In this document: positions 9,998 to 20,568 of the stretch, one piece after another
Layout of the letters: each line of letters starts with the position of its first letter
How positions within the stretch are numbered: position 1 is the stretch's first letter
Source of the DNA: Prevotella sp. CAG:1185
GTDB taxonomy: Bacteria; Bacteroidota; Bacteroidia; Bacteroidales; Bacteroidaceae
Direction: 5' to 3'
Length of the DNA stretch: 64,000 nt
Assembly (NCBI GenBank): GCA_000436695.1
Contig: HF992598.1
Location: 6,715-70,714, forward strand
Program-made: the position numbers and the translations under genes
The notes under the pieces: generated by a model
The model's database searches: none
Told to the model about the DNA's origin: nothing
The model's input: the letters and a program-made list of their open reading frames with translations, nothing else

Positions 9998-10429
9998 ATG
10001 AAAGAATATAAATATACAATCAACGGCAACAAATATGAAGTTGCAATAAACAGCATAAATGACAATATTGCCAACGTTGTTGTTAACGGAGAAGAGTATG
10101 AGGTTCTGATGGAAAAAGAACCGGAACCCGAAAAGAAGAAAGTTGTAGTTCGCCCCGTGGCTCAGCCAGAGGCTGAAACAGCCTCAGCTCCTACTTCAAC
10201 AAACAAAGTGAACCTGAATAATGCTGTGAAGTCACCTCTGCCTGGTGTCATAACAGAAATAAAGGTAAACGTAGGCGATGAAGTAAAAGCCGGAGATACT
10301 GTTGTTGTTCTTGAAGCCATGAAGATGGCCAACAACCTTGAGGCCGAAAAGTCTGGCAAGGTTACAGCCATACTTGTAAAAGAGGGTGAAAGCGTAATGG
10401 AGGACACCCCGCTTGTAGTTATTGAATAA
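9998..10429 (+). CDS. Biotin carboxyl carrier (biotinyl-domain) subunit
   Basis: EAMKM biotinylation motif in a C-terminal lipoyl/biotinyl fold, preceded by a Pro/Ala/Glu linker. Confidence 0.9.
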   Translation: MKEYKYTINGNKYEVAINSINDNIANVVVNGEEYEVLMEKEPEPEKKKVVVRPVAQPEAETASAPTSTNKVNLNNAVKSPLPGVITEIKVNVGDEVKAGDTVVVLEAMKMANNLEAEKSGKVTAILVKEGESVMEDTPLVVIE

Positions 10430-10441
10430 TATGTCTTATCA

Positions 10442-10521
10442 CACCAAAGCCTTCGGGCTTTGGTGATAAAATAAAAAGCGGAAACGTGAATGATAAACAT
10501 CAACGTTTCCGCTTTTTATTT
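10442..10521. terminator. Two hairpins between convergent operons (bidirectional terminator region)
   Basis: First hairpin: caccaaagcc-ttcg-ggctttggtg (10442-10465). Second hairpin: aaaagcggaaacgt (10474-10487) / acgtttccgctttt (10503-10516), followed by tatttt. Confidence 0.75.
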
Positions 10522-10562
10522 TAGTAATATTATAAAACTTGCCGACTGTCAAATAGAATGGA

Positions 10563-10907
10563 CTACACAAGTTTGTTGTTCTCAGGAAAAACCACAATAG
10601 GTTTATACTGCTTAGCCTCTTCGAAGTCCATCAGTGCATAAGCTATAATTATGACTGTATCACCGACCTGACACTTACGGGCTGCAGCGCCATTAAGACA
10701 GATGCATCCACTGCCGCGTTCACCTTTTATTATATACGTCTCGAAACGCTCTCCATTATTATTGTTGACAATCTGCACCTTTTCTCCGGCTATGAGATTA
10801 GCCGCATCCATAAGATCTTCATCAATAGTAATGCTGCCCATATAATTGAGGTTAGCCTCAGTTACCTGAACACAATGTAGCTTGCTTTTTAAAACTTCTA
10901 TCATCAT
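10563..10907 (-). CDS. panD: Aspartate 1-decarboxylase
   Basis: [30 protein letters not shown] contains the Gly-Ser self-cleavage site. I prefer the start at the internal Met over the ORF-track start. Confidence 0.92.
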   Translation of the reverse strand: MMIEVLKSKLHCVQVTEANLNYMGSITIDEDLMDAANLIAGEKVQIVNNNNGERFETYIIKGERGSGCICLNGAAARKCQVGDTVIIIAYALMDFEEAKQYKPIVVFPENNKLV

Positions 10908-10945
10908 AATTTTATTCGTTGTTTTGACACTTACACGTAAGGTCA

Positions 10946-11806
10946 CTAAAGTTTCGGTTCTTTATATTTAATATGATCAATAAGTCTTACAGGTTTTGAG
11001 CCGCAATAAACAGTTATACAACCAACAACATAATCAGAATCAGCCCAATCGGCAACAGGCAACAATGTATCGCCATCAACAATCTCAAAATATTCAACAT
11101 CAAGACCATCGACAGCATTAATTGTATCAACTACATAATCGTGAGTTTCCTTAACATTATGACTCTTGCTGTATTCAACACTGCTGCTCAAAGCCTTGAA
11201 TATATTTGGAGCTATAGCACGCTCCTGCTCTGAAAGAAGAGCATTTCGCGAAGAACGCGCCAAACCGTCAGCATCGCGGACGATAGGACATTCAACGATA
11301 GTTACATTCAAAGAAAGAGCCTTAACCATAGCCTTTATTACAGCTATCTGCTGCCAATCTTTCTCACCAAAATAAGCTCTGTCCGGTCGCACAATATAGA
11401 AAAGTCTGCTTACCACCTGACACACGCCATTAAAATGGCCCGGGCGGTGCGCACCTTCCATGACTGTTGACACAGGAGGATATTCAAAATGACGATTGTC
11501 CGGCACAGGATACATTTCCTCAACAGAAGGAGCAAACACATAATCAGCATTTATCTCCTCAAGCAGTTTACAATCTTTTTCGATTGTACGCGGATAAGTT
11601 TTCAGATCTTTCGGGTCGTTAAACTGTGTAGGATTAACAAAAACAGAAACAACCGTGATATCATTGTCTTCCACGCTTTTTCTTACCAACGATGCGTGGC
11701 CCCCGTGAAGTGCGCCCATCGTAGGTACAAGGCCGACTGTTTTTCCGGCTTTGCGGTCATCAAACAAAGCGTTTTGAAGCTCAACTATTTTATGAAATAC
11801 AATCAT
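10946..11806 (-). CDS. panC: Pantoate--beta-alanine ligase
   Basis: [14 protein letters not shown] (HxGH motif) and FGEKDWQQ. The likely start is [11 protein letters not shown]. Confidence 0.92.
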   Translation of the reverse strand: MIVFHKIVELQNALFDDRKAGKTVGLVPTMGALHGGHASLVRKSVEDNDITVVSVFVNPTQFNDPKDLKTYPRTIEKDCKLLEEINADYVFAPSVEEMYPVPDNRHFEYPPVSTVMEGAHRPGHFNGVCQVVSRLFYIVRPDRAYFGEKDWQQIAVIKAMVKALSLNVTIVECPIVRDADGLARSSRNALLSEQERAIAPNIFKALSSSVEYSKSHNVKETHDYVVDTINAVDGLDVEYFEIVDGDTLLPVADWADSDYVVGCITVYCGSKPVRLIDHIKYKEPKL

Positions 11807-11951
11807 TGTATAAATGTTTAACACACAAATTGGGCTGCAAAATAACAACAAATTTCTTAAATAAAAAAGAATAATTAAAAAAATATGCCAATAAGAGCAG
11901 GCTTTTATCTAAGTTTACAAAAAAAGTTACCCGTATACAAAGTTTTTTTTG

Positions 11952-11959
11952 TACCTTTG
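11952..11959 (+). promoter_or_regulatory. -7 box TACCTTTG upstream of the glycogen synthase gene
   Basis: Exact TAnnTTTG match 21 nt upstream of the ATG at 11980. Confidence 0.5.
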
Positions 11960-11979
11960 CAAGGATAAAAATTAACATC

Positions 11980-12804
11980 ATGAAGGCAAAAAAGGTATTA
12001 TTTATAAATCAAGAGATTACTCCTTATGTTCCTGAAAGCGAAATGTCACATTTAGGTCGACAGATACCACAAATTATACAAGAAAAGGGATATGAGATAA
12101 GGACATTTATGCCTAAATGGGGAAACATCAACGAAAGAAGGGGCCAGCTGCACGAGGTAATCCGTCTGTCAAGAATGATGTTGATTATCGACGAGACAGA
12201 CCACCCGCTGATTATCAAAGTAGCTTCAATACCTTCTACAAGAATTCAGGTCTACTTCATAGACAATGAGGATTACTTCACAAAAAGGCTAATGGCAAAA
12301 GACGAAAATGGCGTGGAATATGACGATAACGGAGAACGTGCCATATTCTTTGCCCGTGGCGTACTCGAAACAGTAAAGAAGCTTCGTTGGGTTCCCGATA
12401 TAATCCATTGTCAAGGATGGATGTGCTCGGCAATACCTCTTTATGTAAAGACAGCGTATAAGGATGAACCGTCATTCGCAAACACGAAAGTTGTAACATC
12501 ACTGTTCTCGGAAGAGTTGCACAACGGACTCGGTGAGAAATTTAAAGACAGCATTGAGTTCCGTGATGTAAAGTCTGACATACTTGACAAATACAACAAG
12601 GATTTCGGTTTCATGGATTTGGAGAAACTTGCAATAGACTATTCTGACGGTATTGTAAAAGCAGGAGCAGATGTAAATCCGGAAATAATTAAATATGTCA
12701 CAGAAAAGGGTCTGCCCATTATAAATCATCCTGAAAATGAGGCCGATATTTGCCAGACCTACGAAGACTTCTATGACAAAATCTTTGATAGCATTTCAGA
12801 ATAA
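11980..12804 (+). CDS. Short Bacteroidetes-type glycogen/starch synthase (GT5 N-terminal-domain-only form)
   Basis: MKAKKVLFINQEITPYVPESEM...IRTFMPKWGNINERRGQLHEV. A 274-aa form divergent from panC and followed by DUF4270 is an arrangement I recall from Bacteroidetes. Confidence 0.75.
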   Translation: MKAKKVLFINQEITPYVPESEMSHLGRQIPQIIQEKGYEIRTFMPKWGNINERRGQLHEVIRLSRMMLIIDETDHPLIIKVASIPSTRIQVYFIDNEDYFTKRLMAKDENGVEYDDNGERAIFFARGVLETVKKLRWVPDIIHCQGWMCSAIPLYVKTAYKDEPSFANTKVVTSLFSEELHNGLGEKFKDSIEFRDVKSDILDKYNKDFGFMDLEKLAIDYSDGIVKAGADVNPEIIKYVTEKGLPIINHPENEADICQTYEDFYDKIFDSISE

Positions 12805-12835
12805 CAAACATTGTTTCATTAGATTTAAAATTTAA

Positions 12836-14296
12836 ATGAAAATTATCACCTACGCTGTCATCGCAATTATGTCATGCATAGCATTTACATCATGCGATGA
12901 CACGACCGATACAATCGGTAACTCTTTGACAGATAACATGGACATGTTGGAAGTTACTACTGACACTTTCAACGTTGAAACAAGATCTATAGTTGCTGAC
13001 TCTGTACTGTCACGCAGTACAACAGGATATCTTGGAAGAATACGCGATCTGGAAACCGGAAACTACATAACTAGTGATTTCATGGCCCAGTTCAGCACAC
13101 TCGAAAATTATTCTTTTCCTGAAAAAGACAGTATCGCAAGTCTGAAAGATGGTGAAGTAATAGCTGACTCATGCAGTATCCGACTGTTCTACACCGACTA
13201 TTACGGTGACTCACTGGCAACAATGAACGTTACGGCATACGAAATGAACGAGCCTATGAAGGAAGGTGTAAAATACTATTCAAACTTTGACCCTATTGCT
13301 GAAGGACTTATCCGAAGCAATGGCATAAAGGTGAACAAGACATACACTTTGACTGATCTAAGCGTAAGCGAAGAAGATAGAGCTGATGCAGACAGCTATA
13401 CACCTAACATAAAAATAAATCTGAATAAACCATATACAGACAAAAATGGTGTTACTTACAACAACTATGGAACTTACATAATGCGAAAGTATTATGAAGA
13501 TCCAAGCAGATTTAAAAATCCATATAATTTTATACACGAAGTTTGTCCTGGATTTTATTTCAAGACTAACGACGGATTGGGTTCTATGGCATACATTACA
13601 GTAAGTCAGCTGAATGTGTTCTTCAAATATCGTAACGACTCTACTTATGTTGGAACTGCTTCATTCTCTGCAACAGAAGAAGTTCTACAGACTGCAAACA
13701 TATCAAATGACAAGCAGAACATCGCAGACTTGGCAAATGATAACACATGCACATATTTGAAGACTCCTGCAGGAATATTTACTGAAATAACTCTGCCTAT
13801 AGATGAAATAACAGCCAATCACAGCAATGACACAATAAACACTGCAAATATAACTCTTACGAGAATCAATAATGACACTCATAATGAATATTCGCTCAGT
13901 GCTCCTTCTACATTGCTAATGATTCCGAAAGACAGTCTTTACAGTTTCTTTGAAAATGAAGACATTCCTGACTATAAGAAATCATTCATTGCTACTTATT
14001 CATCATCAACAAACAACTATACCTTTAATAATATATCTGGCTTGATAACATATATGGCCTTAGAAAAAGCAAAAGGAATAGCAGGTGATCCGAATTGGAC
14101 TGCAAAGAATCCAAACTGGAATAAGGTTGTTGTTATTCCGATATCAACAACTACAGTTACTGTCAACAATGTTGAAAGTATTGTAAAGGTTGAACATGAC
14201 ATGAGCCTGACAAGCACACGACTTGTTGGCGGTAGTGCCAATCCGAATGAACCGGTCAAGATTAATGTCATCTACAGTAAATTCAATCATAAATAA
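12836..14296 (+). CDS. DUF4270-like lipoprotein
   Basis: Lipobox AFTSCDD. 486 aa. The conserved position after the short glycogen synthase supports the call. Confidence 0.7.
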   Translation: MKIITYAVIAIMSCIAFTSCDDTTDTIGNSLTDNMDMLEVTTDTFNVETRSIVADSVLSRSTTGYLGRIRDLETGNYITSDFMAQFSTLENYSFPEKDSIASLKDGEVIADSCSIRLFYTDYYGDSLATMNVTAYEMNEPMKEGVKYYSNFDPIAEGLIRSNGIKVNKTYTLTDLSVSEEDRADADSYTPNIKINLNKPYTDKNGVTYNNYGTYIMRKYYEDPSRFKNPYNFIHEVCPGFYFKTNDGLGSMAYITVSQLNVFFKYRNDSTYVGTASFSATEEVLQTANISNDKQNIADLANDNTCTYLKTPAGIFTEITLPIDEITANHSNDTINTANITLTRINNDTHNEYSLSAPSTLLMIPKDSLYSFFENEDIPDYKKSFIATYSSSTNNYTFNNISGLITYMALEKAKGIAGDPNWTAKNPNWNKVVVIPISTTTVTVNNVESIVKVEHDMSLTSTRLVGGSANPNEPVKINVIYSKFNHK

Positions 14297-14418
14297 TGGC
14301 AGACAACTATTTAGAGAGACATCAGCTTGAATATGAAGAGCGAAAAGCTGAATGGCTTAGAAAGAAAAAACATTTGCCCAAAATAAAGAAAACGTCTGTA
14401 AACAATCATAATCAATAA
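14296..14418 (+). CDS. Small basic ORF (40 aa), start overlapping the upstream stop (TAATG)
   Basis: Below the ORF-track cutoff. My translation is MADNYLERHQLEYEERKAEWLRKKKHLPKIKKTSVNNHNQ. A hairpin follows directly. Confidence 0.4.
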   Translation: MADNYLERHQLEYEERKAEWLRKKKHLPKIKKTSVNNHNQ

Positions 14419-14423
14419 ATATT

Positions 14424-14455
14424 ACCGGGCTTTTAGATTATTCTAAAAGTCCGGT
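14424..14455 (+). terminator. Hairpin after the small ORF
   Basis: accgggcttttaga / tctaaaagtccggt forms a 14-bp stem with one G-U pair. There is no clean U-run. Confidence 0.5.
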
Positions 14456-14639
14456 TACTATATATATAAATAGGTGTAAAGATTTATCATAGACCTTACG
14501 TCATGACACATTCGTGAATGGACAGACGTAAGCCGAATTATCTATAAACGCATAACAGAAAACAATTTGACATGACAAAAAAATGCGTAACCGAACGTTA
14601 TATTAATTCGACTACGCAACTTCAGAATAAGCACATCGC

Positions 14640-17015
14640 TTATCCGATAATTTTGAAACGTGCAAACTTTAACAGGAGCTGCTTGATACCTGCATTTTTA
14701 AACTGTACCGTTGCTTTCGTATTTTCTCCAGAACCTTCAAGTCTTATCACGGTTCCAATGCCAAAACGTTCATGCTCTATTACACTATTCTCCTTTATCT
14801 CATTGCTGACAGCTTGTTGCTTTCTTGACGCTGACAATCCTGCCGCAGCAGCTTGCAGACGTTTAAAACGGGGTGAAAAAGTATCTGAAACAGGAGGTAC
14901 ATCACGATGCAATGCCTCACGCGGCTTTGGGTCAGCCTTAAACTGAGTTGCTACAGGACGACTATTCTGCCATCTGTTTTCAGATGAATATGACAAGCCA
15001 TGAGACGAATACGAACTCATCGACTTCATAAATATATCTTTAGCATCATCAACATCCACAAACTCTCGCGCAATGTCTGTCAAGAAACGGCTCGGCGACT
15101 CCATCTCCACCTTACCATATCTGTAACGGTTCTTTGCATATGTAAGAATACAATGCCTTTCAGCACGTGTTATTGCGACATAAAGCAAACGTCTCTCCTC
15201 CTCCAGTTCACGCTTGCTTCCCATTGAAAGTGAACTTGGAAAAATATTCTCTTCAAGGCCTACAACAAAAACAACAGGAAACTCAAGTCCCTTGGCACTA
15301 TGAACGGTCATCAGCGAAACACGTTCACCATCCGACCCTTCATCACTCTCCAAATCAGTCTGCAACGATACTTCCTGCAAAAAATCAGTAAGCCTGACGT
15401 CATCAACACGTCCCTCTTCTTTTCTACTTTCAACAAACTCTTGAATACTTCCCAGCAATTCTTCAACATTCTCCTGGCGTGCTACGTTTTCCGGTGTTCT
15501 ATCCTGATAAATGTCTGCCGATATTCCGCTCAGCTTAACAACTTCAACACCAAGTGTATAGGCATCGGCAGTAACAAATTTAGCGATAAATCCACTGATA
15601 AGCTCTTTAAATGCACCAAGTTTGGCCAAGGTAGCCTTACTAGGCTTAAAGCCATACAAAGAAGGCTCGCATATAACCTGCCATAGGCTCACTCCATTTT
15701 CTGAAGCCACAGAAGCAATCTTTCCGACAGTAGTATCACCAATGCCACGCTTAGGATAATTTATAATTCTCTTAAAAGCCTCCTCATCGTCAGGATTAAC
15801 AATCAGACGAAAATAAGCTATTACGTCTTTTATCTCCTTACGCTGATAAAAGCTCAAGCCACCATATATTTTATAAGGTATGCTCACCTTTCGCATTGCC
15901 TCCTCAAAGCTGCGACTTTGCGAATTAGTGCGATACAACACAGCAAAATCATTATATCCGCACTTGTCAATGCGCTTTATCCTCTTTATCTCATTACATA
16001 CAATTATAGCTTCTTCACGGTCACTGTATGCCGGTTTTACTGAAAGTTTATCGCCCTCGGCATTACAACTATATACATCTTTTGGTATCTGCCGTTCATT
16101 GTGACGTATAAGACTATTTGCTGCCTGTACAATACGCTGCGTACTACGATAATTACGTTCCAGTTTGAACAAACGCGTACCAGCAAACTGCTTCTGAAAA
16201 TCAAGAATATTATCTATATTGGCTCCTCTAAATGCATAAATACTCTGCGCATCATCACCAACAGCGCATACACGCATATTTTCCTCAGATAATAACCATA
16301 CTATTTTTTGCTGCACAGAGTTTGTGTCCTGATACTCGTCAACAAGAATATATCTAAAACGTTCTGCATATTTTTTCCTGATGCCGTTATCAGAAACAAG
16401 AAGCCTATAAGTGTTAGTAAGCAAATCATCAAAATCCATTGCATTTGCTTTCTTACAACGCTCACAATAAGCAGAATATATAGCAGAAACAGCAGGTACC
16501 TTTTGCTCAACATCGCGCTCAATCAGCCCACGGGTCTTAGCGTATTCGTCAGGAAACAACAGATTATTCTTTGCCATGCTTATGCGCGAATGAACTGATG
16601 CTGGCTTATACACCTTGTCATCCAGCTGCATTTCCTTGATGATTGTCTTAATCAAACTTCTAGAGTCACTCTCGTCATAAATTGTGAAATTATTAGTATA
16701 TCCGAGCCGTTCAGCTTCAACACGCAATATTCGTGAAAAAATGCTGTGAAAAGTTCCCATATAGAGATATTTTGCTACATCATCTCCCACTAGTGCGCCT
16801 ATACGTTGCTTCATCTCATTAGCAGCCTTATTGGTAAAAGTCAGTGCCAATATGTTCCATGGTTTCATTCCACGACTCAACAGATAAGCTATTTTATATG
16901 TCAGAACTCGCGTCTTGCCCGAACCTGCACCAGCTATGACTAAAGAAGGGCCGTCACAATACTCCACGGCAGCACGCTGACTGTCATTAAGTTCATCAAG
17001 AAAAGTATAATCCAT
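14640..17015 (-). CDS. UvrD/PcrA/Rep-family ATP-dependent DNA helicase
   Basis: Walker A motif AGAGSGKT, motif II ILVDEYQDTN, 791 aa. The C-terminal tail resembles the UvrD C-terminal Tudor-like region. Confidence 0.9.
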   Translation of the reverse strand: MDYTFLDELNDSQRAAVEYCDGPSLVIAGAGSGKTRVLTYKIAYLLSRGMKPWNILALTFTNKAANEMKQRIGALVGDDVAKYLYMGTFHSIFSRILRVEAERLGYTNNFTIYDESDSRSLIKTIIKEMQLDDKVYKPASVHSRISMAKNNLLFPDEYAKTRGLIERDVEQKVPAVSAIYSAYCERCKKANAMDFDDLLTNTYRLLVSDNGIRKKYAERFRYILVDEYQDTNSVQQKIVWLLSEENMRVCAVGDDAQSIYAFRGANIDNILDFQKQFAGTRLFKLERNYRSTQRIVQAANSLIRHNERQIPKDVYSCNAEGDKLSVKPAYSDREEAIIVCNEIKRIKRIDKCGYNDFAVLYRTNSQSRSFEEAMRKVSIPYKIYGGLSFYQRKEIKDVIAYFRLIVNPDDEEAFKRIINYPKRGIGDTTVGKIASVASENGVSLWQVICEPSLYGFKPSKATLAKLGAFKELISGFIAKFVTADAYTLGVEVVKLSGISADIYQDRTPENVARQENVEELLGSIQEFVESRKEEGRVDDVRLTDFLQEVSLQTDLESDEGSDGERVSLMTVHSAKGLEFPVVFVVGLEENIFPSSLSMGSKRELEEERRLLYVAITRAERHCILTYAKNRYRYGKVEMESPSRFLTDIAREFVDVDDAKDIFMKSMSSYSSHGLSYSSENRWQNSRPVATQFKADPKPREALHRDVPPVSDTFSPRFKRLQAAAAGLSASRKQQAVSNEIKENSVIEHERFGIGTVIRLEGSGENTKATVQFKNAGIKQLLLKFARFKIIG

Positions 17016-17144
17016 CGTGTGTAAATATCATTTAAGTTTTAAGCCGAAATCACACAACCAGTTAACATGACAAGATGAAATAGCTGGCATGTGTCCGGCT
17101 CATATTAATGTTATAAGATTAGCGAAATGAATCTTATAAACTAT

Positions 17145-17888
17145 TTATCGCATATTTCTGTAAACTCCGCCAGATGATGTAGACGGATCAATATCCTCTC
17201 CCTCTTTTGGGAATGAAGGTATAAACTTCATCTGCTGCTCTATCTGACGTTTGCGTTTCAGCATATACCCGCTAGGATTTTTAGAACTGAACTTTATAGG
17301 ATTTGGTAATGTTGCAGCGATAAGTGCACACTCACCCCTAAACAAATCAGCCGCATCCTTACCGAAATTGTCCTCAGCAACAGCTTGGGCTCCATAAATG
17401 CCCGGCCCCATCTCTATAGAATTGAGGTAAACCTCCATTATACGCTGCTTGCTCCACATAAGTTCTATAAGAGCAGTAAAATAAACTTCAAAACCTTTAC
17501 GAACCCATGAACGGCCCGGCCAAAGGAATACATTTTTAGCTGTCTGTTGAGATATTGTACTGGCACCCCGCTTCTTACTACTCGACATATTATGCTCCAC
17601 AGCCTTTTCTATAGCCTTATAGTCAAATCCATGATGAATAAGAAAACGCTGGTCTTCGCTAGCCATCACCGCCACCGGAAGATGTGGTGATATCTTATCA
17701 AGCGAAACCCAATGATGATGCATCTTTATACTTTCCCCATCCTTTATCTGTTCTGCACATCGTATAAACATTAAAGGAGTGAAATAAACAGGTATAAAAC
17801 GTAACAATACAACAGCAAGAATGGTGGAGCCAAAAAAGGCTACCACCATCCATCGTATTATGCGGCTCAGAAATCTGAACTTGCTCAT
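17145..17888 (-). CDS. mtgA: Monofunctional biosynthetic peptidoglycan transglycosylase
   Basis: N-terminal TM helix, the GT51 motif [14 protein letters not shown], and [13 protein letters not shown]. Confidence 0.85.
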   Translation of the reverse strand: MSKFRFLSRIIRWMVVAFFGSTILAVVLLRFIPVYFTPLMFIRCAEQIKDGESIKMHHHWVSLDKISPHLPVAVMASEDQRFLIHHGFDYKAIEKAVEHNMSSSKKRGASTISQQTAKNVFLWPGRSWVRKGFEVYFTALIELMWSKQRIMEVYLNSIEMGPGIYGAQAVAEDNFGKDAADLFRGECALIAATLPNPIKFSSKNPSGYMLKRKRQIEQQMKFIPSFPKEGEDIDPSTSSGGVYRNMR

Positions 17889-17905
17889 TTAAACTTTATC
17901 TATTT

Positions 17906-18583
17906 TTATTTCAATGTTCCGTTATTTGCAGCATCAATCATTGCCTGGCTTGCATACAGATAAACCTCAACACGACGATTGAGAGCCTGACCGGCTGAAG
18001 TTGAGTTGTCAGCTACAGGATTTGCAGAACCGTAGCCCTGAACTTTCTGTATCTGTGTTGAACTTACGCCGCAAGACTTCAGATAAGTAGAAACAGCTTC
18101 TGCACGCTTCTGACTCAAAGGAACGTTTATGGCATCGTTACCGGTTGAATCTGTATATCCCTGAATATCAACAGAACATGTGTTGTTATTCTTCAGTACA
18201 GTTGAGAATTTTGCCAACTCGTTCTTTGAAGCAGTGTTAAGATCAGCCTTGTTAAGAGCAAAAAGAATACCTGAATCGAATGTTACCTTAACAGCCTTCA
18301 GACCATTAGCATCTGTAACTTCCTCTACCTTAGCATTCTCCAACTGAGCTTCGGCTTCCTTCTTAACTTTATCCATATGATTGCCTATCAACGCACCCGT
18401 ACCGGCACCAACAGCTGCTCCAACAGCTGCTCCAACAGCCGTATTGCCAGCAAGTTTTCCAATAATACCGCCGACCAATGCACCACCGCCAGTTCCGATC
18501 AATGCACCTGTTCCTGCTTTTGTACTACAACTTACTACAATAGCCGCACAAAGGGCTAATATTACAACTTTTAAACTTTTCAT
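17906..18583 (-). CDS. OmpA-family lipoprotein with N-terminal glycine-zipper segment
   Basis: Lipobox VVSCS, a Gly/Ala-rich zipper (GTGALIGTGGGALVGGIIGKLAG...), and an OmpA C-terminal domain with TDSTGNDAINVPLSQKRAEAV...NRRVEV. Confidence 0.85.
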   Translation of the reverse strand: MKSLKVVILALCAAIVVSCSTKAGTGALIGTGGGALVGGIIGKLAGNTAVGAAVGAAVGAGTGALIGNHMDKVKKEAEAQLENAKVEEVTDANGLKAVKVTFDSGILFALNKADLNTASKNELAKFSTVLKNNNTCSVDIQGYTDSTGNDAINVPLSQKRAEAVSTYLKSCGVSSTQIQKVQGYGSANPVADNSTSAGQALNRRVEVYLYASQAMIDAANNGTLK

Positions 18584-18947
18584 AATTCTAAATATTTAAA
18601 AATTCAACATGACAAAAGTACAATTTTTTTTCGTATCAAACAATAATAAAAACATGTTTTTGTAATTATGCCATGTTATGTAACCACAGAATAATAAAAT
18701 TGAACATTATTTAACTTTAAATACGCATTTATTTACAATTTATAATTTAACAAATATTCTGCACAAAAACATCCGTTTTATCTATTAACAACTAAAAAAA
18801 GACCTGTTCGAAATGAGATGTACATTTTAATTTAATATAAAATCATATTTAACTTAAACTTTACATAACGCTTCAATCAATTATAATAAATATAAGGTAA
18901 AAGCATCTTTCTTACGCTGTTTATTAGCATAATTCAGCTATTTTTAG

Positions 18948-18955
18948 TAAGTTTG
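18948..18955 (+). promoter_or_regulatory. -7 box TAAGTTTG upstream of proS
   Basis: Exact TAnnTTTG match 33 nt upstream of the ATG at 18988. Confidence 0.5.
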
Positions 18956-18987
18956 CAGTCAAATTAGAAAAAGAAAGCAATTTAATC

Positions 18988-20469
18988 ATGGCTAAAGAAC
19001 TAAAAGAACTGACAAAAAGAGCTGACAACTACAGTCAGTGGTATAACGACCTTGTAGTCAAAGCCGATTTGGCCGAACAGTCTGCAGTACGCGGATGTAT
19101 GGTAATAAAACCTTACGGCTACGCAATATGGGAAAAAATGCAACACCAGCTTGACAAGATGTTCAAAGAGACAGGTGCACAAAATGCTTACTTCCCCTTG
19201 CTTATCCCAAAATCATTCTTGTCAAGAGAGGCAGAACACGTTGAAGGCTTTGCAAAAGAGTGTGCAGTGGTTACACATTACCGCCTGCGCGCTAAAGAAG
19301 ACAAGAGCGGTGTTGAAGTTGACCCGACCGCACGTCTTGAAGAAGAACTGATTATACGCCCGACATCTGAAACAATTATATGGAACACTTATAAAAACTG
19401 GATTCACTCTTGGCGCGATCTGCCACTTATGTGCAACCAGTGGTGCAACGTTATGCGCTGGGAGATGCGTACACGCCCGTTCCTCCGCACATCTGAATTC
19501 TTGTGGCAAGAAGGACACACCGCACACGCCACACGCGAAGAGGCAGAAGCAGAAGCACAGAAGATGCTCCATGTATACGCTGACTTTGCAGAGAAATGGA
19601 TGGCTGTGCCTGTAGTACAAGGCGTGAAGAGTGAAACAGAGCGATTCGCAGGAGCTCTTGACACTTATACCATTGAGGCTATGATGCAAGATGGAAAAGC
19701 TCTTCAGAGCGGAACAAGCCACTTCCTCGGTCAGAATTTCGCAAAAGCTTTCGATGTTACATACCTTAACAAAGAGAACAAGCCTGAATATGTATGGGCT
19801 ACATCATGGGGTGTATCAACACGTCTTATCGGTGCCCTCATTATGACTCACTCTGACGACAATGGTCTTGTACTTCCTCCTATGCTTGCTCCAATACAGG
19901 TTGTAATTATTCCTATCACCAAGGGAGCAGACCAGCTGAAAGCCATAACCGACAAACTAACTCCGATAATCAATGCTCTTCGTGAGGCAGGCATTTCTGT
20001 TAAATTTGACGATGCTGACAACAAACGACCCGGCTTTAAGTTTGCCGACTATGAGCTTAAAGGTGTTCCTGTACGTCTCGTAATGGGAGGACGCGATCTT
20101 GAAAACAACACTCTCGAGATTATGCGCCGTGATACACTTGAGAAAGAAACCGTTCCTGTTGACGGTATCGTTGAACGTGTTGAGAATCTGCTGAAAGAAA
20201 TTCAGGACAATATGTTCAAGAAAGCCAAGGCATACCGTGACGCACATATCTATGAATGTGACAACTACGATGAGTTTAAGGAAAAAATCAAGGACGGAGG
20301 TTTCTTCCTGTGTCCATGGGACGGCACTGCCGAAACCGAGGCTAAAATCAAAGAAGAAACTCAGGCTACTATACGTTGTGTGCCATTTGATGTAGAACAG
20401 ACACCTGGAACAGACATGGTTTCAGGCAAACCTTCAAAATACAGAGTCATCATAGCACGCAGCTATTAA
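18988..20469 (+). CDS. proS: Proline--tRNA ligase (archaeal/eukaryote-like type)
   Basis: A 493-aa class II aaRS, ...[15 protein letters not shown]...[24 protein letters not shown]..., ending with ...ARSY. Confidence 0.95.
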   Translation: MAKELKELTKRADNYSQWYNDLVVKADLAEQSAVRGCMVIKPYGYAIWEKMQHQLDKMFKETGAQNAYFPLLIPKSFLSREAEHVEGFAKECAVVTHYRLRAKEDKSGVEVDPTARLEEELIIRPTSETIIWNTYKNWIHSWRDLPLMCNQWCNVMRWEMRTRPFLRTSEFLWQEGHTAHATREEAEAEAQKMLHVYADFAEKWMAVPVVQGVKSETERFAGALDTYTIEAMMQDGKALQSGTSHFLGQNFAKAFDVTYLNKENKPEYVWATSWGVSTRLIGALIMTHSDDNGLVLPPMLAPIQVVIIPITKGADQLKAITDKLTPIINALREAGISVKFDDADNKRPGFKFADYELKGVPVRLVMGGRDLENNTLEIMRRDTLEKETVPVDGIVERVENLLKEIQDNMFKKAKAYRDAHIYECDNYDEFKEKIKDGGFFLCPWDGTAETEAKIKEETQATIRCVPFDVEQTPGTDMVSGKPSKYRVIIARSY

Positions 20470-20490
20470 TCAGCTGTCACAATAAATATT

Positions 20491-20537
20491 ATGAGAATGC
20501 AAAAAGCCTAGGCAATTTTGCATTCTCATATTTTTTC
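20491..20537 (+). terminator. Intrinsic terminator of proS
   Basis: A perfect 14-bp stem atgagaatgcaaaa (20491-20504) / ttttgcattctcat (20516-20529), followed by attttttc. Confidence 0.85.
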
Positions 20538-20568
20538 TAATACTAACAAGAGCACAACACACACATAA

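Noticed and set aside
10908-10946. Longer panD start (ORF-track 10946) overlapping the panC stop
   Set aside because: The extra 13 residues ([13 protein letters not shown]) are not part of PanD. The canonical N-terminus begins at [11 protein letters not shown].
11980-12804. Idea that the 274-aa glycogen synthase is a truncated pseudogene of a ~480-aa GlgA
   Set aside because: The ORF ends cleanly and the next gene starts 31 nt later with its own lipoprotein signal. A short GT5-domain-only form next to panC and DUF4270 is, as far as I recall, the normal Bacteroidetes arrangement.
14572-14946. 124-aa plus-strand ORF
   Set aside because: It mostly overlaps the 3' end of the UvrD-family helicase on the opposite strand, and has no promoter box or recognisable domain.
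19222-19722. 166-aa and 86-aa minus-strand ORFs inside proS
   Set aside because: They are antisense to an unmistakable prolyl-tRNA synthetase.
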